DNA from: Dehalococcoidia bacterium
Lineage (GTDB): Bacteria > Chloroflexota > Dehalococcoidia > Lucifugimonadales > CBDEGW01
Reading direction: 5' to 3'
DNA: 64,000 bases
Assembly (NCBI GenBank): GCA_965237935.1
Contig: CBDEGW010000004.1
Span: forward strand, 93,340-157,339
In this document: one piece after another, positions 58,664 to 64,000 of the stretch
Position numbering within the stretch: position 1 is the stretch's first letter
Layout: each line of letters starts with the position of its first letter
Translations under genes and position numbers: made by a program
The notes under the pieces: model-generated
The model's input: only the letters and a program-made list of their open reading frames with translations
The model's database searches: none
Told to the model about the DNA's origin: nothing

Positions 58664-59529
58664 TACCAGCCGCTTTCGAATATCACGCGCCTACCAGCTT
58701 GAAGGAGGTGCTTGCCCTGCTGCGTCGCTACCCGGACGAGGCCAAAGTGCTGGCCGGGGGCCACAGCCTGGTACCCATGATGAAGCTGCGGCTGGCCCAG
58801 CCGGCCCACGTGGTGGACCTGAGGCGAATCTCGGATTTAGCCTACGTTAAAGAGCAGGACGGTGGCCTGGCCATCGGCCCCATGACCAGCTACTACACCC
58901 TGATGACCTCTCCCCTTGTGCAGAGGCGTCTTCCCACGCTGGCGGAGGCTGCGGCTCAAGTTGCCGACGTCCAGGTGCGGAACAAGGGCACAATAGGCGG
59001 CTCTATTGCTCACGCAGACCCCGCCGGAGACCTGCCGGCCGTGGTCGTGGCGGTGGAGGCTCGCATCCAGACCGCCGGCGGCGGAAGGGCAAGAAATATC
59101 GCCGCCGACCGCTTCTTCGTGGATGCCTTCACCACTGCCCTCAAGGAGACGGAGGTCATCACGGAGATACGCATCCCTGCGCTACCTCCAGGCACTGGCA
59201 GCTCCTACCAGAAGTTCGCCAACAAGGCCTCCCACTTTGCCGTAGTGGGAGTGGCCGCCTTCGTCACCCTGGACCGCCAGGGCCTCTGTCAGAGGGTGCG
59301 CATCGGCGTAACGGGTGCGGGGCCGGTGGCAAAGCGGGCCAAGGTCGCCGAGCGATACCTGGAGGGCAGAGAGCCCTCAGAGGGCAACATGGAGCAGGCG
59401 GCCAGCCGAGCCGCCCGGGGTATCGAATTCCTGGCGGACCTGCATGGGTCGGCAGAGTACCGGGAGCACTTGACCAGGGTCTTCGCTCGCAGGGCGCTGG
59501 CTGAGGCTGTGCTAAGGGCGCGGGGCTGA
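58660..59529 (+). CDS. coxM: CoxM-like FAD subunit
   Basis: MIPAAFEY, LAGGHSL, QVRNKGTIGGSIAHADP; ATGA overlap with the coxL stop. Confidence 0.93.
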   Translation: MIPAAFEYHAPTSLKEVLALLRRYPDEAKVLAGGHSLVPMMKLRLAQPAHVVDLRRISDLAYVKEQDGGLAIGPMTSYYTLMTSPLVQRRLPTLAEAAAQVADVQVRNKGTIGGSIAHADPAGDLPAVVVAVEARIQTAGGGRARNIAADRFFVDAFTTALKETEVITEIRIPALPPGTGSSYQKFANKASHFAVVGVAAFVTLDRQGLCQRVRIGVTGAGPVAKRAKVAERYLEGREPSEGNMEQAASRAARGIEFLADLHGSAEYREHLTRVFARRALAEAVLRARG

Positions 59530-59774
59530 CTTCGGGACGCTAGAAACTCCAAACCCTTTATAAAGCGTGCATTACATCATCCGCTTGGAGACGTAGCGCC
59601 CCCGACCTTCCTCCTAGGTCTGCCTGTAGCGATAGATCCCTACGATGAGTAGTACGATCGGCGGGCCGATTAGGGAGAGGAAGAGGGTTAGACCAAATCC
59701 CGCCCCCAGCAACTGAGCTACTATAGCGATAGCGCTGCTAGCCACAAAGTAGAAGATCAGACGACCCATTATTT

Positions 59775-60818
59775 TTAGCCCCGCAGTTTCTCCGCAACCG
59801 GCACCACCCTACCCGTTCGGGCGGACTCGTAGATGGCCTCAGTGATGGCAATGTTGATCAGCCCCTCCTGCCCTGAGGTCATGGGCTCACCGTCACCCTG
59901 GATACAGCGATTGAACTGCTCGATCTCCTCCTTGTATGTTTGCACCTTTTCAAATATGCGGGTTGTCCTGCCGTCGGGGCTGATGCTCTCTAGCCGTGAC
60001 TCGCCCGTAAGGCCCTGATTTGCGGTGCGAAAGGTGTTGGCGCACACCAGGGTCCCTCTGGTGCCGTGCACGACAATATCCTCCTGGGCGAAGGGGGTGC
60101 GGCGACTAGCGAAGATGTAGGCGTAGCCGCCGCCTTCCAGCTTCATCATTGCCAGCGCCATCCTCTCGTTGGGGGAAATCTCCCGGGTGCTGTCCGTAAA
60201 GGCCACCACCTCTACGACCTCCTGGGCCGTGAAGTACCGCAATGTATCGTAGCAGTGGTCCCCGGAACCCATCATGGAGCCGCCGGGCCTCATGAGGGGG
60301 TCCCCCCTCCAGCTGGAGTCCCTCTGCTCCTGGGTCCCTCCACCCTGAAACGGCCAGGCCAGCTGCACACGAGTAAGCATTACCTCCCCGATCTCCCCGG
60401 ACTGCACCATGCGCCTCACTTCCTGGTGGGCCGGCTGATGCCTCTCCTGGAACACTGCTCCCAGCTTCACGCCATTGCGCTGGCACGCCTCGATGGATTG
60501 ACGGCACTCCTCAACGGAGATGGCCAGGGGCTTCTCCACCAGCACGTGCTTCCCTGCCGCGGCCGCCTGGAGGGTGTTGCTTATATGGAGCCCATCGGGG
60601 GTGGAGTCGTAGAGGGCGTCAACTTCAGGGTCTTTCAGCAGCTCCTCCAGAGAGTCGTAGGCTCTCAGGAAGCCGTGCTTCTCCGCGTAGGCCTCTCCCC
60701 TCTGGCGGTCGCGGCTCAGGACGGCCACCAGCCTGGTGTCGGCGGCCTCCTTCATCTCCGGGACCACATCTCGATCGGCGTGTCTGCCAGGGCCCAGCAG
60801 GGCCCATCCTATGGCCAT
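59775..60818 (-). CDS. Gfo/Idh/MocA oxidoreductase
   Basis: STPDGLH, GKHVLVEKP, GDHCYD. Confidence 0.92.
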   Translation of the reverse strand: MAIGWALLGPGRHADRDVVPEMKEAADTRLVAVLSRDRQRGEAYAEKHGFLRAYDSLEELLKDPEVDALYDSTPDGLHISNTLQAAAAGKHVLVEKPLAISVEECRQSIEACQRNGVKLGAVFQERHQPAHQEVRRMVQSGEIGEVMLTRVQLAWPFQGGGTQEQRDSSWRGDPLMRPGGSMMGSGDHCYDTLRYFTAQEVVEVVAFTDSTREISPNERMALAMMKLEGGGYAYIFASRRTPFAQEDIVVHGTRGTLVCANTFRTANQGLTGESRLESISPDGRTTRIFEKVQTYKEEIEQFNRCIQGDGEPMTSGQEGLINIAITEAIYESARTGRVVPVAEKLRG

Positions 60819-60875
60819 TTCGTCACTCCCTTTTATCCGAGGTTTAGCCTAATACGCTTCTGCCACGTCCGAGGG

Positions 60876-61265
60876 CTATTGAAGAGCTAAGGCGCTGGGC
60901 TCCAGGAGCACATGGGTATTGCCGTACAGGTCCTCGAAGACGGCCTGGATGCCCCAGGGAACCTCCTCTGGGCCCTGCGTAATGTTCACGCCGCGCTCCT
61001 TGAAGGTATCGACATCCTTACGGCAGTCGTCGGAGAAGAAGACGAAGCCGTGGATGTTGCTGCGCGCCTCTGAGTACCCTTCGAAGGGCTTGTGGAGCAC
61101 GATGTCGACGTCCTTTTGGCCTTTGACGCCTACCGTAAGAAAGCGGTAGTCGTCGCCCATGCTTCCGTCCATGCGTAGCTCCAGGCCCAGCTTTTCCGTG
61201 AACCAGTTAAGCGCCTCATCATAGTCCCTAACGACTAGGGAGACGTGGGCGAGGCTAGTGAGCAT
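60876..61265 (-). CDS. VOC/glyoxalase-family protein
   Basis: HVSLVVRDYDEAL, PWGIQAVFEDLYGN. Confidence 0.92.
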   Translation of the reverse strand: MLTSLAHVSLVVRDYDEALNWFTEKLGLELRMDGSMGDDYRFLTVGVKGQKDVDIVLHKPFEGYSEARSNIHGFVFFSDDCRKDVDTFKERGVNITQGPEEVPWGIQAVFEDLYGNTHVLLEPSALALQ

Positions 61266-61463
61266 ATCCTGTCCTCCAATGCTGGGAAGGTTATGAGGCT
61301 AAGGTGATACCCCCACACGCAATGATAGCCTCATATTGCGGCTTTTGCATCATCTTCCTAAGTTGAGGCGTTTAGGGGTGCCTTCATATCTCACTAGCGT
61401 GTATACTCTGTCAGTAAAAGCCGACCGGGTAATCGAATACCATCTGGACCAAGTAGGTGAATC

Positions 61464-62666
61464 ATGAAGTGGGCATCCGCAGTCTCCGATCTTCCGTCCC
61501 TGGACCAGGCCATCGACGAGTGTGTCTCAAGCATCCGTCATGAGCTAGACGAGGGAAGGCCTGACATAGCCATAGTCTTCGTCTCGGAGCATCATGCGTC
61601 CAGGTATGCCGAGGTCCCAGCATTATTGGAAGGGCATTTGAGCCCCAAGGTGTTGGTGGGCTGCTCGGCGGGAGGAGTCATCGGCAACGGGCGCGAGGTG
61701 GAGCACAGGCCGGGGGTGTCTCTGACGGCGGCTTACCTGCCGGGGGTCAGCCTGAACCCCTTTCACATTGATAGCGACGCCCTGCCGGACTTGGATTCCG
61801 GGCCCGATAAGTGGGAGGAGCTGGTCCGGGTCTCCGCCGACGAGCACCCTCACTTCCTTCTGCTGGCGGACCCCTTCTCCACTAGAGCAGACGACCTGCT
61901 AATGGGGCTGGACTTCGCCTTTGGCGGAAGCGTGAAAATAGGCGGGCTGGCCAGCGGCGCCCAGGGGCCAGGTGGCAACGTCCTCTACCTGGAGGGGCGA
62001 GCCTACTGGTCAGGAGCGGTGGGAGTCGCCATGCATGGAAACATCGTCGTAGACACCGTTGTAGCGCAGGGGTGCAGGCCCATCGGGACCCCCCTCCAAG
62101 TGACCAGTTGCCGCGAGAATCTGCTACTGGCTCTAGACGATGAGCCACCCGTGGAGTTGTTGCAGAGTATGATTGCAGGTCTGAACGAGAGGGACCAGGA
62201 GCTGGCCCGCCACTCCCTGCTTCTGGGCGTGGTCATGGACCCATTGAAGGAGGACGTGCAGCAGGGTGACTTCCTGATTCGCAACATCGTTGGGATGGAC
62301 CCCAGGAGCGGAGCCCTGGCCATTGGAGAGCGGCTGCGAGAGGGACAGACGGTCCAGTTCCATCTGCGGGACGCCCAAACCTCGGCGGAGGACCTGGATA
62401 CGCTGCTTAGCCGGTACGCCTCACAGATAGAGCCCGCCCCAGGATGGGGGGCCCTGCTCTTCTCCTGTTTGGGTAGAGGAGAGTCCCTCTTCGGCCGCCC
62501 GGACCACGACACTGGCCTCTTTCTGGACATCGTTGGGCAGTTACCCCTGGCAGGCTTCTTTTGCAACGGGGAGATCGGCCCCGTGGGAGGCAGCACCTTC
62601 CTCCACGGCTACACCAGCTCCTTCGGTATCTTCCGGCCCCTTCACGACGGTGAGCCCAGGGATTAG
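61464..62666 (+). CDS. FIST N/C domain protein
   Basis: GCSAGG, LLADPF, GGLASG, AQGCRPIG, FSCLGRG, GFFCNGEIGP. Confidence 0.92.
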   Translation: MKWASAVSDLPSLDQAIDECVSSIRHELDEGRPDIAIVFVSEHHASRYAEVPALLEGHLSPKVLVGCSAGGVIGNGREVEHRPGVSLTAAYLPGVSLNPFHIDSDALPDLDSGPDKWEELVRVSADEHPHFLLLADPFSTRADDLLMGLDFAFGGSVKIGGLASGAQGPGGNVLYLEGRAYWSGAVGVAMHGNIVVDTVVAQGCRPIGTPLQVTSCRENLLLALDDEPPVELLQSMIAGLNERDQELARHSLLLGVVMDPLKEDVQQGDFLIRNIVGMDPRSGALAIGERLREGQTVQFHLRDAQTSAEDLDTLLSRYASQIEPAPGWGALLFSCLGRGESLFGRPDHDTGLFLDIVGQLPLAGFFCNGEIGPVGGSTFLHGYTSSFGIFRPLHDGEPRD

Positions 62667-62682
62667 CGCAACGTTCGAAACT

Positions 62683-63102
62683 CTAGAGGGAGTCGGCGCC
62701 CGCCTTCGCGGCCTCCTCGTCTTTTTCCTCTCCACCGCCGTGGCAGCCCACTCCGCCAATGACCTCCTCGTCGCGCCAGATGGGCACTCCACCGGGGCTG
62801 AAGGTCATCTGGCCGCCCTCCTGCAGCATTAGGCCGCGCAGTAGGGGTCTGTCCTCTCCCGCCTGAAGCTCAGCGCTGGTCTCATGCTGTACCGCGGCGG
62901 CGAAAGCCTTCCCTCGGGCTAGATCCCCCGCCTCCCATCGAGAACCGTTCATCCGCAGGACGGTCATCGGGTCGCCTCGCTGATCAACCACGCATATGGA
63001 GCATGCTATGCCCAGGTCCTGGGCCTTCTTTTTGGCCGCTTGGAGGATTCGCTGGGCGTCTGCCAGTTTCATAAGAGGTACGTCGGTATTCAATGGGTCC
63101 AT
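62683..63102 (-). CDS. GlcG/HbpS-like heme-binding protein
   Basis: SICVVDQRG, ARGKAFAA, GGVPI, GGVGCHG. Confidence 0.88.
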   Translation of the reverse strand: MDPLNTDVPLMKLADAQRILQAAKKKAQDLGIACSICVVDQRGDPMTVLRMNGSRWEAGDLARGKAFAAAVQHETSAELQAGEDRPLLRGLMLQEGGQMTFSPGGVPIWRDEEVIGGVGCHGGGEEKDEEAAKAGADSL

Positions 63103-63149
63103 GATGTTACCTCCGTTGTGGGCTCATATAATGGTTTATAAGAATTGGC

Positions 63150-63587
63150 TTAGGGGGTGATGGAGCAGCCAATGGCTTCCACGCCAGCTTGGCTGGACCC
63201 CTCGTCCTCAAAAGCTCTGCCGCCGCTGCCACCTGCGCCTCCGATGAGTACGCCGTTGCGGAATACTGGAACGCCACCTTGGCTGGTGATTATGCGTCCT
63301 CCCTGTAGCACAACGAGACTGCGCACCAGGGCAGGGTTCTCTTCCTTTGATATCTCGGCGCTCTTTTTCTGGAAGGTGGCCGCAGCCCAGGCCTTGCCCC
63401 GGGACACGTCTATGGTGTTCCACCGGGCCCCGTCCATGCGGACCATCCCCAGCAGGTCGCCTCTGGCATCCACCACGGACAGGGAGCAGGCTGCGCCTAT
63501 CTCTGTCGCCTTTGCGTGGGCCACCTCCAGCATCTTCTCAACCTCCTCCATTGTCAGGGGTTGAACGTTGGTCTGACCGCTAGTCAT
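63150..63587 (-). CDS. GlcG/HbpS-like heme-binding protein (tandem paralog)
   Basis: SLSVVDARG, SRGKAWAA, GGVPV, GGAGGSG. Confidence 0.88.
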   Translation of the reverse strand: MTSGQTNVQPLTMEEVEKMLEVAHAKATEIGAACSLSVVDARGDLLGMVRMDGARWNTIDVSRGKAWAAATFQKKSAEISKEENPALVRSLVVLQGGRIITSQGGVPVFRNGVLIGGAGGSGGRAFEDEGSSQAGVEAIGCSITP

Positions 63588-63680
63588 GTTTCACCTCCGC
63601 CGAGTTTTTACCGATGTCGATAATGGCCTGGAGTCAGATTATACCCCAATTACGCGACGCTGCAACCCACTCCTTCGCCT

Positions 63681-63998
63681 CTAGCGCTGGTAGTGTTCCC
63701 TTGCCTCTATCTCCGCCTGATAGCAGGGTGCCTCTTCTGGGGTCTCTTTGGCGTAGAGGTTCCGCGATCTGACCCGGGCCCATAGCTGTCTGGGCATGTA
63801 CTTCAGCGACCCCCATTCCAGTATCTGCCTGACATGGCAGAACTCGTGGCGCAACAGGGCGATAGAAGGCCCGTCTTCAAGCTGGGACTCACCTCCATCC
63901 ACAGGCGGTTCGAACACCAGGTACTTCTTCTTGATGAAGATGGTGGGCCCAAGCAGGGGGATGGGCAGGGTGATGGCGGCGCCAAACTGCTGGTTAAA
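63681..63998 (-). CDS. HExxH (zincin/DUF4157-like) protein, 5' end outside the window
   Basis: Open frame to the edge: AITLPIPLLGPTIFI...LLRHEFCHVRQ...EEAPCY. Confidence 0.7.
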   Translation of the reverse strand, partial: FNQQFGAAITLPIPLLGPTIFIKKKYLVFEPPVDGGESQLEDGPSIALLRHEFCHVRQILEWGSLKYMPRQLWARVRSRNLYAKETPEEAPCYQAEIEAREHYQR

Positions 63999-64000
63999 GA

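Noticed and set aside
1-64000. tRNA, rRNA, tmRNA or att site
   Set aside because: None recognised by eye; tRNAscan-SE/Infernal would be needed to exclude them

Overview
High-GC bacterial window. The gene content (luciferase-like and F420 enzymes, amidohydrolases, TPP enzymes, Mo-hydroxylases, GH3) suggests Chloroflexota/Dehalococcoidia, SAR202-like; this is inference. 1-16441 is the establishment/leading-type region of an ICE or plasmid-like element. It encodes a primase, a Rad52/22 annealase, a Cas4-like exonuclease, SSB, a RadC/JAB protein, a stand-alone TSCPD domain, a DNA methyltransferase and a broken helicase. Its genes are separated by a family of covarying two-hairpin repeats with a CTAC(A/C)GG core. 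The methyltransferase is split by a complete group IIA intron (11355-14129) whose EBS1/EBS2/delta pair with this site. The intron carries a second, membrane-protein ORF inside domain IV. An IS3 without a target duplication (16442-17764) joins this element to a catabolic chromosomal region. That region holds an IS1380, two copies of a structured MITE-like repeat, a cargo-carrying IS1595 inserted in a 7TM histidine kinase, and a GH3 acyl-ligase/methyltransferase/two-component cluster. It also contains many lesions: frameshifts, a compensated frameshift pair, and kb-scale deletions of coxL and an amidase. No rRNA, tRNA or CRISPR array was seen. Family names come from motif recognition, not database searches.
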